Assembly: GCA_000708835.1 (NCBI GenBank)
Contig: DF237260.1
Span: forward strand, 1 to 64,000
DNA: 64,000 bases
From: Klebsormidium nitens
Taxonomy: Eukaryota; Plantae; Klebsormidiophyceae
Direction of reading: 5' to 3'
The translations under genes were made by a program, and so were the position numbers. The notes beneath the pieces were generated by a model. That model had not been told where the DNA came from. It made no database searches and saw nothing but the letters and a program-made list of their open reading frames with translations. Positions 32,911-46,600 of this stretch are shown here, piece by piece; position 1 is the first letter of the stretch; the number at the start of each line of letters is the position of its first letter.

Positions 32911-33541
32911 CTTACTATTATCTTTCTTGAGAATTATCCGGCCGGACGCCCGGCGGCCTCTATTTCAGCAGGCGACCCTTGAGGGCCGAGGCTTGATCAA
33001 GCAGCCTCCTGATTATACAAGCTAGATGAATAATGCAGATGGCGGCTGAACAGTGAACTCTACAGTAATTGGCTACGTCCTGGCCTGGCATGAATGCAGC
33101 TAGGGGCAAGGGGGTCCTCTCGCCTGTGCACGAAGATGCATATCTACACAGGCAATAATAGGCTGCATAGCTAACGGTACTGGGAAGCTCTCGCAAGGCC
33201 GCTCTCGGCGACTACCAAGTTGAGGATCCAATAGGGTTATTAGAAGGTCTTGAGTCGTTGCTTGCGAACTTGTCGTTGCGAAGCTGCCACATGTATCGCT
33301 GTTCAGGACCCAGGTGCAGACAGGCGCAGATTGTCGATTACAGATCATCAGCAGGAGCTCAGGCTGAAGACGCCAAGCCTAGCCATTCTGTTTGACGGCA
33401 TGCCCTAGTGGGGAATGATCAGGCCGCTTGCGAGAACATTGTTCTTTACATTGGAGATGATAAAATATTCCTCTGAGCCCAAGTGAATAGCCTGAGAAGA
33501 TGCGGCAAGACAGCTTTGCGGTTCCATCCTGACGATTTCAG

Positions 33542-36500
33542 ATGGGGGCAAGGGAGGCCTCTTGTCTGTTTGCAGCATTAGCATTTTGGATAGGCCTTGT
33601 GAGTTCAGATTATGTCGTTACAGGCCCTAGTCCTGGCCCTGCCATTCCTCCAGGTCAATGCCCTTACGTCTTCCAGAAGGTCAACGTCAAGTACGCCCAG
33701 GGTTTTTGCCCCGCAGGTGAGCATGCCTCAGACGTGTTATTCCAACTAGAAGCTAGTCGCTTCCGTCTAATCAAGGATTGGATAGTCTGACTTGTTTGTT
33801 GCTGAAGCTTCGAGTGTCTCCTCCAGGGCAAGAATGTACAAGGTGGTGCAAGCAGAATGATTGTAAATCAATGATCGGAGATTGATTGATTTGTACCTGT
33901 CTTTGTGCTGTGGGAGCATTCCATAAGCTCTTTCTTTGAAAGATATCTTCTCTTGTGAGACCTCTCAACATCCAGGCCCTGCTACAGGCTTTCTCATTCC
34001 CAGTGCATAAGAACTTTCTGCAGTGTGCATATGTGAATGCACATGTGGATGATGCATGTCTCTTTCAGTAAAAGCACCTCGTTACACGCTTGGACATCTG
34101 GGAAGCCGTTTTTGTGCTTATAAAGGCTGTGCAGCTTCCTTCAATCTGAGCTTTGCGGCTATTGCAAGGTAGCTTAACACCTTTCAAGCTCTGCCAATCT
34201 GCGCCAGTTGATAAAAATCCTTCGGAGGTAGACGTCGGTGATTGGATCAGCACTGATAAAGTGACTTTTTATTCTCCTCTTGAAGTCATTGACATTCTCA
34301 ACATCCCTTCTTTTGGCTTTGCTGTGCATAAAGCTCCAACAAGACCAAGCACTGTGGGTGGTGAAAGCGCATCGTATGCATCTGGGAAGGAAATCAACAA
34401 GGGGCCCTCCAAAAGATATCATGCGAGTTGCAAAATTGATCTTTCTCCTTTGTAGACTTCCAAGCGAAGGACCCTGTCCTTAGCCCGTCATGCTGCAGCG
34501 CTCTGGAGGGGCTCATCTTTCAGAGCAGGGTGAGCTAGCGAATGAGACCGGAGTCCTGTTGCTGCCGCAGTCATCCGCTGATGCATGCATCAAGGTGCGT
34601 TTCTGCTAGGGGCTGCCCTTACAAACCAGCATGGGCTTTTTGGAATAGAAAGGAAGGTTTGGATCTCTGCTCTACGGAACATGATGAGTTCTTTCAATGT
34701 TGCTCGCATCATGGGGACGCGAGTTGGCAGTGACCAGACTTTCTCTGCAATGTTCATTGATCCTCGGAGGATTCCAGGGTCCTGTGGTTTAACATGCCTT
34801 TACTTACACGAAAGACAGCATCCAACTCAAATGTTTGCTCTGGTAGCAAGAAGCTAGTCAATGGTCGAGTCTCAGGCATTCGGAAGCTTTGCATCACCTG
34901 GAATTATACTTTCTTAAAAGGCTTCCCTCGTAGATTGCCTTAGCTTGGTAAAATCAAGTTCTTCGGTCCTTTACCTTGATTGCGAATCAAACAGCTAGTG
35001 AAAATAGCACTACCGACCAGAGGACCGTACACTGACACTGGCCGTCAGCTTTCCCTCGCAGGCATCCGCAGAGGCATTTGCTCCCGGTGCTGACCAGTTG
35101 TTTGCCACATGCGGCATCAACAGCACTTTCCTTTCGATTGAGAGCGGAGTTCCATGCGGAGCCGAGCTTTTGACAGTTCGAGACTTTTGGTAAGCGTCCA
35201 ATCACAGCTTTCCAGGTGCGTGCCTTTCCAATGTGTGACTCATGCTGTAAGGGCTGCACTTTAGATACAAGCTAGGCACAGGTCAGCTGGCCTCACCGCT
35301 GCAAAGTCTCTGATTAAGTAGACTTTTTGCTGAACTAACACACATGTTGGAGGATTGTCCACTTCAGTGCGTTTGCCGAATAGGAAAGGCTGGAGACAAG
35401 CTGGTCTGTGGCGTGGCTCAAAACTCCCCCCAAAATCGACGTCACCTGCGCAGATGTGAACTTAAGCCTACTATCATTCGTAAAAAGGCTTTCATGGCGG
35501 TGAAACAAGACTTTGCATGCATTCTGCCAGGCCTTGCGGGAGCCTCGTGCTTTTAAACAGGCGACTGGCGGCGTGTACGGCCCAAGTCAACGCAAAGATT
35601 GCCTCTCTGAGGGGCAACGCGACTTTGCTTACCACCCCCGCTTGCCAAGGCGAGTGGCTACACTTCATTTTCCAACTTGCAGCTCATTGCCAGGGTGACT
35701 AGGGTTGTTACAAGATCTGGCTCTGTGAAAAAAGTCAAAGTAGGACGAGCCTATACGTCTATACTAGCGCACCTGGGGGCTTGCAGATGGTAAAATAAGT
35801 TTCTCTCCCAAAATTAAAGTCCCTTACTTAGCTACTCATGACAAGCCGTTCCACTTGCACACACAATCGCAACGAAAGTGCTCCTCATAAAGGTTGTTGC
35901 TCTGCGCCGCAATTGAAGACGACACTTTCCTGCAACCGAGAGGTTGTGAGGAAGGCTTTGACTCTAGACTATCATATTCAGTTCACTGAGGCATTCTTGT
36001 CAATAATCTTGTTAGCTTCTTCGCTTCAAACTTCGACGAGGTCTGAATCTCTGCCGACCATTCTTCCACCTTCGTCCCTTTCTGTTGTACCCGCACAAAC
36101 CCAGGCTCGACGAACCCCACTCCTCCTTCCAAGCAACTTGATTCTTCTCATCCACAGATTTCGGACTCTTAACCAGCAACAATCTCTGACATCCTAACCC
36201 CTCTCGCTCTCAGTACTGGGCGAGATTGCGATGACTGCTGCGGCGTATCCTGTTGTGGTTGCAAACGGAATCTCGGGGTGCATCCGCCAAGTGCCCATTG
36301 TGAAGCTGGACCAGTCGCCGGTCTGTGACGCCTTGAACTTGGACGAGATAGACTTCTCGTCGGTGGCCCTCAGTTGTGGGTCGGCTCAGATCCGCAGTGA
36401 CCGATGTTGCGATTTGATGCTCGGCATTGCCGGCCAAGCGCACAGCATCTATGCCAACCAAACCGGCCACTCCATACCGCAGGTGAATTCAACTCGTCTC

Positions 36501-39500
36501 CATAAGTCTGTCTTGCACACGCTTGATTGAACAAAGTTATCAAGGCTGGGTTGAGTTGAATCTTGTCCTTTATGGTTACTTCTTGGGTTCCGTCAACCTG
36601 AGACCTCAGAAATCAAGTAGGGAACGTGAGGGTTGCTATCTGAGCGTGTCAGCCGTGGGTCTGGCGCTCTCACACATATGATACATTTCCTCAATTTCCT
36701 ATGAATCTCGCTTTGGCGTTGCGCCGAACCGAATCCTATCTCGGCAAATCTGGACAAAGGCTATGCTGGTTTATTTGAAGCCAATTTCTCCTGTTACAAA
36801 CTTCGCTCAACTATCAACATCTGGCATGGTTGAATTGACCCTCAGGATCAAACCTCCGATTTTAGCCTGCATAAACGTGCAGGCGCATTCTACGGACGTA
36901 GGTATGCCTCGAATAAACCGCTGACAAATACAAAAACCGCTCGGACGTTACAACGTCCCAACCGCGGAGTTGCCTCGCTTTAAGACGACGTACGTTTCTC
37001 GTCTATGTATCGTCTGCTCCTGCTTCCGAGTCATGATTGTTAAGCATCCCGTCCATCTGAACTGCTCGATGACTGCCCTCTTCATATGCAACTTTGACCC
37101 AGCGTGGTCAGTATCCGCTTGATTGCTTTCGCCAGTTGCGTGCCTTAACTATCCATCTTGGAAACAGATGGCGTTGCTGTCAGGCACCAAATAAGGTGGT
37201 GCCTCTGCATTTTCTGTCTGCGTCAATTACCCCCCCGCGATGAAAACGAACGTTTTTTGCCCTAACACAGTAGTTCACCTCCTCAACCCAAACGACGCTT
37301 GATTATCTGCCAACCCAATGAAATAAATTGTTGCACCTTTATATTGAGAGTGGAGTAGCTGGTCCTTTGAATCCAGTTTCTGCCCTCGAACTCATCCGGC
37401 CCTCTTTCCTTCAGTTCCTTGGAGGTGTTGGGAACGTCTGCATCTAGATTACTTTCCCTGTCTGACACAGCAAGCAGAGCTTCAGAGAGCGCCGTACGTC
37501 CAATCATATATTTGGATCCATTGACCCTCGGAAAAACCCAAACTTTTCCTGATTAGTTGCAAGTAAAGTCAGCCAAAAGCGAGGCAAAGTCCAATCTATG
37601 ATTGCAGGATCAGGCCCAAGCATGCAGCGCTGCCGTCAACTCCCGCTTGGTCAAAGCGGGTGTCATGACGAGCTTTGTCGTTGAGCGATGCCAGCTTGGA
37701 CCATTCCCTTTCCTCTTCGCGGCCGGATGCTACAATTATTCCAACTTCGACGCCCGGATCCCTGATCAACTTCTCGGGCCTTTGATGGATGCGTGCAACC
37801 CAATTCAAGCCAACTGCTCCAACAACACCTGTCAAATGCAACTAGAAAGCACGACGGCGTATCTAGCAAACTCTTCCAACCCCCGGATTCTGTGGCTGTG
37901 TGCGAACATGGTGATGAGCCACTACCTTATGCGTTATGACTCCCTGAGCGACATCTCCGCCCGCCTGAACTGCCTTCTTTCTTACCCGGCCCCGCTCGCG
38001 CTCGGTGTTTTGATCCAAACTTCGCGCACATTGACACCGTCAGCAATAACCGGGATCGTCTTTAGTTGCATCGCCTTCTTAATCATAGTCTTCGTAACTG
38101 CCTCCGTCTACAAAAGGCGTTTACCGAACAAGGGATTAGACGGGTGTCTCGGCAGCGGGATCAAGGGCTCAAAGCAGTGGACAGGAATCCCCGGGCTTAC
38201 TTTAGAAAGCTTCACTTACTCCGCGTTGAGAAGGGCGACCAAAAATTTCGATGAGACCCGGTTGCTCGGCCAGGGCGGCTCGGGAAAGGTGTTCATGGGG
38301 GAGCTCCGGAGCAAGCGGGTCGCCGTAAAAGTCATCAGCAGGGAGACCCTTGCAGGAGGGGCCAAGGTGGGGCGTTTTCTTCTGCTGGCTAAGGCGAGTT
38401 CATGGGCTGTTTCAAAGCTGGTGTGTAAGAGAAAGCTACGGTCGACCTGACCGTTGTGTCTGTTGCAAAGGCCTTTTTTCGCCCTTCGATTATGGGGGAG
38501 AGGACACCTGATGCTGAGGAGCCGAAGACGCGTAACCTACAAAGTTCCCTTGCAGGAGACGCGATTGAGCTGGGACTATCAGAGGTCGAGAGGTTTTCGA
38601 TTTTCCGCTAGGATTGACAACAAGTCTGAAGCTCATAAGCCAAGCACTGTTCCTGTCCTTGACAGACCAAAGGACAGACCATCTGTAATGATATGGAATA
38701 TTCTACCTTTCACCTGTAATACGTCACCCAGTCCGGAGCGACCGGTACCTGACCCCGCCCTCTCCCTTTCCCTGGCCGGACTTTCGCAACGCCAGGCACA
38801 AGGGAGTCGTGTCGTCCGCCCCTTGAGGCCTTCACCAAAATTGACCTGTGCTTGAGTCTACGCACTCTGCTGCAGGAGTTTCAAAACGAGGTGCTGTCGA
38901 TGGCGCGCTGCCGACATCGTCATTTGGTCAGCCTGGAAGGCTGCTGCAACTCACCGAAGCACTGTAAGCTTCGGCTCCAAAGTCGCGCTCGCCACTTTAT
39001 CAATCCTTTTCAGTATCAGCACGGTCAGTACCTTCGTCATTGCTTGCTAATGTCTGAGGTGCGATTTGCTAAGACCACGGTGACTTGTGCCATTTCTTGC
39101 TGCCTTCTGTTGTCTTACGGATGCTCAAGTCCTTTGGTGGAGCATCCGCAGAATGACTGGTTTGACGTCTAGACCTTTGGCTGGGTAACAGCCACGGTAT
39201 TGTCATGACTGCAGAAGTTTGCAACTTGAGTAAGCCCAGACTCATGTGGGGCAAAAACAGTCAGACTCTCCGTCTATGGCCCTCGTATCTGGTCGCATCA
39301 GTGTCGTCGATCCTTTGAGTTCGTTCGTGACAGCTTCGTTTCCAGGCACCTTTGTTTGCACTTCCACCTGTCGACTAGCCCATCTGTAACTGAGTGTACT
39401 TCTGACGATTTCAATTGCGTTCAAACGATGCAATCTGCGAGGATTGGCACGCTGCACGGGAGAGGAGACATGACCTACCTCAAAGTTCAGCAAAGTAGCT

Positions 39501-42500
39501 TCTTGCGGGTAGGAGTGCAAAGACGCCCACTCCCGCCACCTTTGCGCAGATATCTTGGTTCACGAGTTCATGGAGAACGGGAGTCTAGATGCACATTTGT
39601 ACCGGCCACGAGGAGGGGCACACGTGACACAGAACGGGGGTCAACCCCGCTTTCTGGATTGGCCGACGAGAATGAAGATTGCGCTCGGGGCAGCCAAAGG
39701 GTTGGCGTTCCTCCATGAGGTGGGGCAGACTGCCAATCGACTTCCAAGCACTACACTCCCCGAAAGCTCGCTTGGAAGATGAGACGAGAGGCTGGGCTAA
39801 ACGCAACGTATCAAAACTCTGCTTTCCAAGTCTGTCTTGTTGAGGCGCCTTCATCTCTGCGCATTTTGTCGTTTCAATCCGTTCATTCCACGAGTTTCGA
39901 ACCATCTTTGACTCTAGAAAGGACGTCTTGGCCCCGGTAGTGCCACACATAGCGACGAAGGAGCATGGTTAGTGGAGCCTGTCGCCAAAATAGTAGTGTC
40001 AGCATTTTCGCCCCCCCCGAGCACTTGGCTTTGCTCAAACTGCCCGGTGATGGTGTCGCGCAGACGCTCTTTTAGAACGGGCTTTGATTTACGGAAACGC
40101 CTTGCAATCTTCGCAGGGTTGCAAGCCCCGCATTCTCCACCGTGACATCAAGCCGAGCAACATCTTGTTGGACTCCGACTTCGAGGCCAAGGTCGCCGAC
40201 TTTGGACTGGCCAAGCTGACCGCGGACGGCGACACCCACCTCACTGCAAGTGAGTCTCAGGACACTGCTTCGTTTTCCTTTTTCGTCTTTGCGGACCGCG
40301 CAGTGCTCCTGCGTAAAGATCGCAATATTCGAATTCGCTTTCAAGTTGAACGGTGCCATGGGAAGGATCTGACAGAACGGAGATGCTTAGAAACTACGAA
40401 ATAGAAAGCCTGTACAAGCACAGTGCTCGCACCTTTTCCGGCGCAAGCTAGACTTCCTTTCCGAAGGGCAAACAAAGATCTGCCCCCGGAAGGAACCCAG
40501 AACAACGGCCGTGCATAGTCGCTGTGATAGAGTCCCATCTCGAGGTGCTGAGGATCTAGCTTATGGGCGAATGTGTGCGTGACAATTTCTTTAGCCCTGT
40601 CTTGGACTGCGGACACAATCAGAGCCGTGTCCGGAACCTTTCGCCGTACTGGTCCTTACACATTGAATCGACTTCGTTGCAGAGAGCTTCATTTCTGCCA
40701 GAGCGTTTCAGGCACGTTTCTTTGTTTTTATAGCCGCTTCACCTTTTCCAGCCGGCGGAACTTCTTGTTGGGCTTCGAAAACGACTGTATTGGAACACGC
40801 CAGAGCTCCGATGGTTCTCTTTCGACATACTTTCGTCCCGGCTTCCCCTGCTGGGTGTCCTCTAAGACTGCTCAAATGAAACCTAAGAACTTTGGAAGTG
40901 CGCTTTGGAAGTGTGCTTCAGACCCAATGCAAACGCTTCTCTCAGGTTTCTGCGCGTGTCGGTTCGCTTGCACTGTGCATAGTCGTATTTTCAAGAATGG
41001 AACTTTTTCCATCGACATTGTGAAAGCCTTCTCAAAGGAAACGGAGCACCCGCTCTTTGAAGAGACGCATGCATTCGCTGGCGGCGCTCGCACAACCAAT
41101 CCGTTTTGCCTTCAGGCATCGCCGGCACGTGGGGCTTCATGGCGCCCGAGTATGCGACATCCGGCCGCCTGACCGACAAAAGTGACGTGTACAGCTTCGG
41201 GGTGGTCCTGCTGACGTTGATTGCAGGACGGCGGCCGATAGAGCCCCTCGAAGAACAGGACAAAGTGATTGCCCGCCGAGCTTGACTCGCATCAGTCCAT
41301 TGAAAAGAAAATTGGAACGATCTTTCCTTCAAGAGCTGAATCGTTGCAGGGCGGGAATTTAAATTACGCATTTTTGGGTTTCAGCTGGGAGTTCCATCCA
41401 GCTGGCAGGCTTCTTCACGTGGTCTTGGAGTTCAGAGTATTAGCCCTTTGCGGAAACTCCTAATTGAGGCTATCTCGGCGCCCTTAGCGAACTTGCCGAC
41501 TGACACCGCCTCCTTTAGGTAGGATTCGGAGCGACATGGAGCGGCGCAGTTGTCATGCTAATCCGACATAGATTGTGAGAACTGATGGCCTTTTGGGTCG
41601 GAATCTGCAGCCCTATTGGATGTCAGTGTGTCCGATTCATTTGCGGGAGCCCATGCTTTTCTCGTTCCGGCTAAAAGCAATGATTTCAAAACGAACAAAG
41701 GCAATCGAGATGTCAGAATGACGTTCACGACTGTCTCCGAATCTGTGCCGGGCGCACTCTTCGGCTATCGACTGAACGAGAGCTGCTCCAGGTTTACCTC
41801 ATCGAGTGGGCTTGGACCCTGGCGGAAGCGGACGCGCTCCGGGAGCTGCTCGACGTCAGGCTGACGTCAGCGTTAAAGGAACATGCCACGGCCATCGACA
41901 GGGTTACAAGGGTGAGCTTTTGCCGTGCGCCTTGGGCTCTCGTCTTTCGAAGACCTACTCATTCGGCGAGTAGAAGCGACCCGTTTTCCGAAGATATTTC
42001 TGCCGGCCTCTAGAGATGAACCTTCTGGTTTCGCAAGACAAACGCGCACGCAGTGGCATCTGCATTTGGCGACCAAGAAGCACGTGCATTGTTGTTCTTG
42101 TCGCCGCAGACCATACGCGCCACTTTTTTGGCGACATCCGATCGAAACGGATTCTGCCACCGCGGGAGCTACGACGGTAATCAAAGGTCAACACGCTTAC
42201 GAAGGGCAAATCTGCGTCAGCTCGGCCACAAACAAGCGGGCACTGCCACATGCCGTGACAACCTTTCCTTCCCCGCATCGCTAACCAGACTGCAGAATTG
42301 CCCGTTGCATGCGCTGCACTCTGCTCACGTTTCAGATCTTGAATCTCGTGCAGATCGCGCTCCTTTGCATACACACGCAAGTCAACTTGCGGCCGACCAT
42401 GAGCGAGTGCATCCGCATGCTCACTGGTACGGACCCCGTTTCCGCGCTGCGCCTGGGGACGATTTTCACGCCATCCTCGTTGGCGACACCTGGCCCCAGC

Positions 42501-42674
42501 AGTGACTGGATCAGCACGGACGGGAGCGCCGGTTTGTCGGGGGCGTCCCGGGGCGTGCTGAGCAATCAAAGCGGTCACAGTGAGCTGAGCAACCAGAGCA
42601 TCTCGGGGGCTGAGTTGGAAAGGCGAAACGCCTCCCTCGAAATGGATGATTTGGAGCCCGGTTTTGGGACATAG
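33542..42674 (+). CDS. Receptor-like kinase copy 3: exons 1 and 5-12 intact; predicted single-SPARK RLK (727 aa) if exons 2-4 are skipped, otherwise a pseudogene
   Basis: Intact exons 33542-33716, 36214-36482, 37608-38366, 38876-38963, 39550-39719, 40117-40249, 41116-41264, 41792-41911, 42354-42674 total 2184 nt and stay in frame when exon 1 (phase 1) joins exon 5 (phase 1). Confidence 0.7.
34456..35649 (+). pseudogene. Disabled exons 2-4 (SPARK domain 1 core) of RLK copy 3
   Basis: Exon 2 is 139 nt vs 140 (1-bp deletion, TAG at 34536-38). Exon 3 has GAA>TAA at 35191-93. Exon 4 has CAA>TAA at 35554-56 plus a 1-bp deletion (119 vs 120 nt), and its donor is GC at 35650-51. Confidence 0.88.
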
Positions 42675-43621
42675 GAAAAGGGTGTGTCGTCTTGATTATG
42701 ATCACTTTGTTGACTTGGTGCAACGGTCAAGAAGCAGATCTGATGCATGTGTGAAAGTAGGTCGCAGCGCGGCCGCAGTCGCTAGCGCATGAAGTCTTGA
42801 GTTTGGTCTGTCAATTACCAAATGTTTTGGCTAGTGTGTATTTATACTTGGATATTTCAAACTGATATTACTGAATCTTAGCTATAGGTGCCGCTAGCAG
42901 AGTTAGGTACGGTGCACAGTGACCACTACAATTACGGATACGAAAGATTGCGCTATCCTAATCAAGTGCATTACAAGCGCGCACAAGAATAGGCCTTGTG
43001 CGGAGGCTTGCCATACGCATTATCAAAGCCTGCATGTCGCGGACGTAAGTATACGTCCAAAATCAGGCAGCACCAATAATTTCCGGGTTTCGAATCGTTG
43101 CGTAGAATGAGATCTGAATGTTGGACATGCTGCATGCACTGACCGTACTTCCACAACGGTGCTGCCTTGTACTGAGCCCATGCAGCAATGATAGTATCTT
43201 AATCAATTACTGAATCAAATTTGAAAATGTATGCAAGTCGGCCCACACTAGTCCTGAATGTTTGTATACAACGGGCTTTCGAGAACAGCAGTCGTGGGTA
43301 GCTAGCTAGTGACTACTTCCGACCAACACCCCGACCACTTCAAGATGTAACAAGTGCAATAATCCATGATGAACCTCGTAAGAAACTAAGTTGACCGTAT
43401 CCGGGGCTGTGCCATCCGATTGCAGTGCACCTTTGCCGGTCACTGATGCAGAACAACAGCGTGAAAGTATGAGCGCGATTTCGTCTTGACATTTGTCTTA
43501 TTAGGCGGTCGCTCTATACAGTCACCAAGGTGGCACTTTCGTCTGTGATTCAAAGCAAGCCGCCATTTGTAAGCATTTCGACCATCGAACAACGTCCTGC
43601 GGTACAATTCTTGCCCGCCAC

Positions 43622-46600
43622 TCAATAATCATTCCTTCTTCTTTTTCCCCCCATAAGGTCAGCCTCCTCTCCCCACCTCCCAGACCCCTTCTCTTCGACG
43701 TCGTCTGCCCACCTTCTCGAACCCCCTGCTTCATAACTGCCTTCCCACCCCGCACCCCCCCGTTCTCTCTCTCTCACTCGCGCGCCCCCGAAACTTCCAG
43801 ATCCTCGTTCATCCCCCCTGCCATCTCTCTCCCTCCGCGCATCCCGTCCGTCCGTTTCTTGCTGTTCGCGTCTACCACTCCTCCACTCTGATTTATCAGT
43901 TCTGTCTCTCCCTGTCCGTTTTCGCTCCTCACTCTTGCCGTACTTTCGTCCTTCACGCTCCGTATATGGAATGCGCGTCTCCCCTTCCCCTCGCCTTTCG
44001 CGATGCCTCTCGTCCCGCACCCTACCCTCGTCATCCTCCAATCTTCCCCTTGGTTCCGTTTCCCGATAATCATCGCCCCATCTTTCTCCCACTAGTCGCT
44101 CACTTTCGTGCCAATTCACGCCTGTCCCTCTTTCTCGTTTCCTTCTTGCCTCGCCCTCCTTTTCTCCCCTGTCTCGTTCCCACCTCTCCCTCGCTGCTTC
44201 CGGCTTCTCTCGTTCCCGCCTTTCAGTTTCTTCGTCCCAACTCACCGGACCCCTTCTTTTCTGGTCGTTTTCCACATCGCTTCTCTGCTTGGCCCCCCCG
44301 GCAGGACCGAACGCCTCCTCTAGTTGCATCATTCGCAGCTCGATCAGATCTCGGGCGCTCTGCATAATGAGTAGGCAATTGATTCAGCGCTCCGATGTGT
44401 CTCAGCCTGCGAAAATCCTCAATTGGCCCAGAACCTTCGCAAGGGCAAGGGACGTAAGTTGGGTGCCGGGTTGGCTTGTAATCGGTCGGGCGGCCACGGT
44501 TCTCGTATGCTTCGTCTTGAAAGACAAAAGCGGCTGCCTTCGACTCGTGATTTGCTACGGGGTAGCAAGAGAAAATCAGGAGAAAAGATCAAGCCGGAAC
44601 ATGAGCGAGTTAAATCAGTATGTCGCATGGAGTGAAGGAACATCATACAAAGCCGAAGGAGGGATAGAGATGGAAAAACTTGCAGAGACGCACAGTAAAG
44701 AGACGCTTCGCAAGAAGCTTTCTGAAACCATACGCTGCGAAGTGTTCCGTTCAGAAGCATTCCCGGGAAAGAGTATCCGCTCCGATCTCCCAAAGGCTGA
44801 AGTTTTCCCCAGCAAAGAGCAGATTGGGCGGAGGTTCGCCTAGGACCTTCCCACCACTTTTACCATGGATTGAAGAGGTTTAACTTGCGTCAAATCTGTT
44901 AAACCAGACTTATACAAAAGAAAAGGTAGATAAACCCCGGGATCGGGAGTCATTGACTTTTAATAACATATATCACCCCGCGTTTCCCCCTCACCTGCAG
45001 GGGCGTCCTTTGCTTCTTGGCGCGGTATGACGTGGTGCGCCGCTTCAAATCGCGCAGCTCCGCCAGCAGCTCTACACGGCTACGCCGCCCGTCGTTAGCC
45101 TGCCGCAAAATTTGATCCGAAGCTTCAGAAGTGAGAGTTGTTTGCTTGCAAAAGATGTATAATTTCAAGCCGTGCACCCTTGGAAGCCGGATCGGAGGCG
45201 GTAGAGCTGAAGGACCCGCCTCCGTACAATTTATCAAGGTACGCACGAGGTACAAGTCATATCAATCGACTTCTCGTCGGATAGACGAAAATGTGTTCGC
45301 TTCAAGCTTCGGACACATTTTTTCTCTGATCTTTGAAGGATGAAAGAGAAGGGCTGAAAAAGTTTCAGTCAAAAGATTTGAACCATACGCGCTCGAGGAG
45401 GGCCGAAGGACTGGATAATAGTGTGCAGATGGCGAGAGATGAGTTGATGGAAAAGAGGGAGTACGACCTGTGTAGAAAGAGAGCCGACTCAGCGGAAAAG
45501 CGTAAGGACGCTTCGCGAAATACCTGAGGCTGGGAGGGGTCATGCGGTCGGAACAGCCAGTCGTGATCGGGAAGCGGCCGGTAGTCGGGCCGCCGTGCAC
45601 GGACCGCGGCGGCCGTCTGCACACTGGAGTCGTACTGTGCCAGCCTGCAGGAGCATAGAGTGTCTTAAAGACAAAACGTCCAGTCGGAAGGATGATTACT
45701 GTCGGAAGAGATTTAACAGTCGGGAACGCCGTCTGTTTGTTGTGGACCATACCTTAAGTCATGGAGAAGTAAGTCGGGAAACGACAGAGTAGGAAAGGGG
45801 CAAGACTGGTCGACATTGCACGTTCGTGAAAACAATATCGACTTCGATATGAGGAATCCTGCTCAGGGGACGACGCAGCACGGCGGAACTGAGTGCAAAC
45901 CTTGACACAATCTCCTGTCAGGCCAACAGCTTTTAAAAGGAAGGGCAATCAGATTCTTAAGGGACCCACAAATGGCGGATGCTGTTGCTAATTCGCTCGA
46001 GCGTCAAGGATTGCACTTCAAGAAAAAGCTCCCCAGCCTAGTTTACCTTTCCGCTCGACCGGGCTCTGGCCGCCCCGCCTGCTCCCGCTGCTGACGCAAA
46101 CGCACGCCGTCCCTTAGCGTTTCCCGAGCGGCTGCCATTTGTGCGGTGCTCACGAAAGGGGGGTTCGCTTGCAGGGGAGGTAGGGTGCGTAGTAGACCCC
46201 CTAAAACGGTCTGCCAGAGACGCAGCAGGAAGGAGGTGGCGCCAGCTGGTGGCCGCAGGAGGGCGACAGCTGTCAGCACACGGGCCAGGCGGTCTGCCTG
46301 CAAAGGAACTGGAACTTCGTCAGAGCAATGGGGTGATAGGACACTTATTGGCAGGAAGTGACTGATTTGAAGACGAAGGAACATGGTTTTCATATCAAGT
46401 CTGACTCTAGCCATGATCCTGCTCTTCGATTTCCGAAACCCAAGTCCTAAAAGAGAGATTCGGAGAGGATTGAATAAGGTGTGGCGATGTTGGAAATCGA
46501 TTGAAGAAAGAGGACCTTCTCGATGATAGTCACAAAGGATGAAACAAGCTGTACAACAACTTTTCGTTACAAGGCGCCAGATGTTGCAACGCAGACTACC

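Noticed and set aside
44419-44883. ORFs in the last intron of the 48K gene
   Set aside because: No splice-phase fit with the flanking exons and no recognisable domain.
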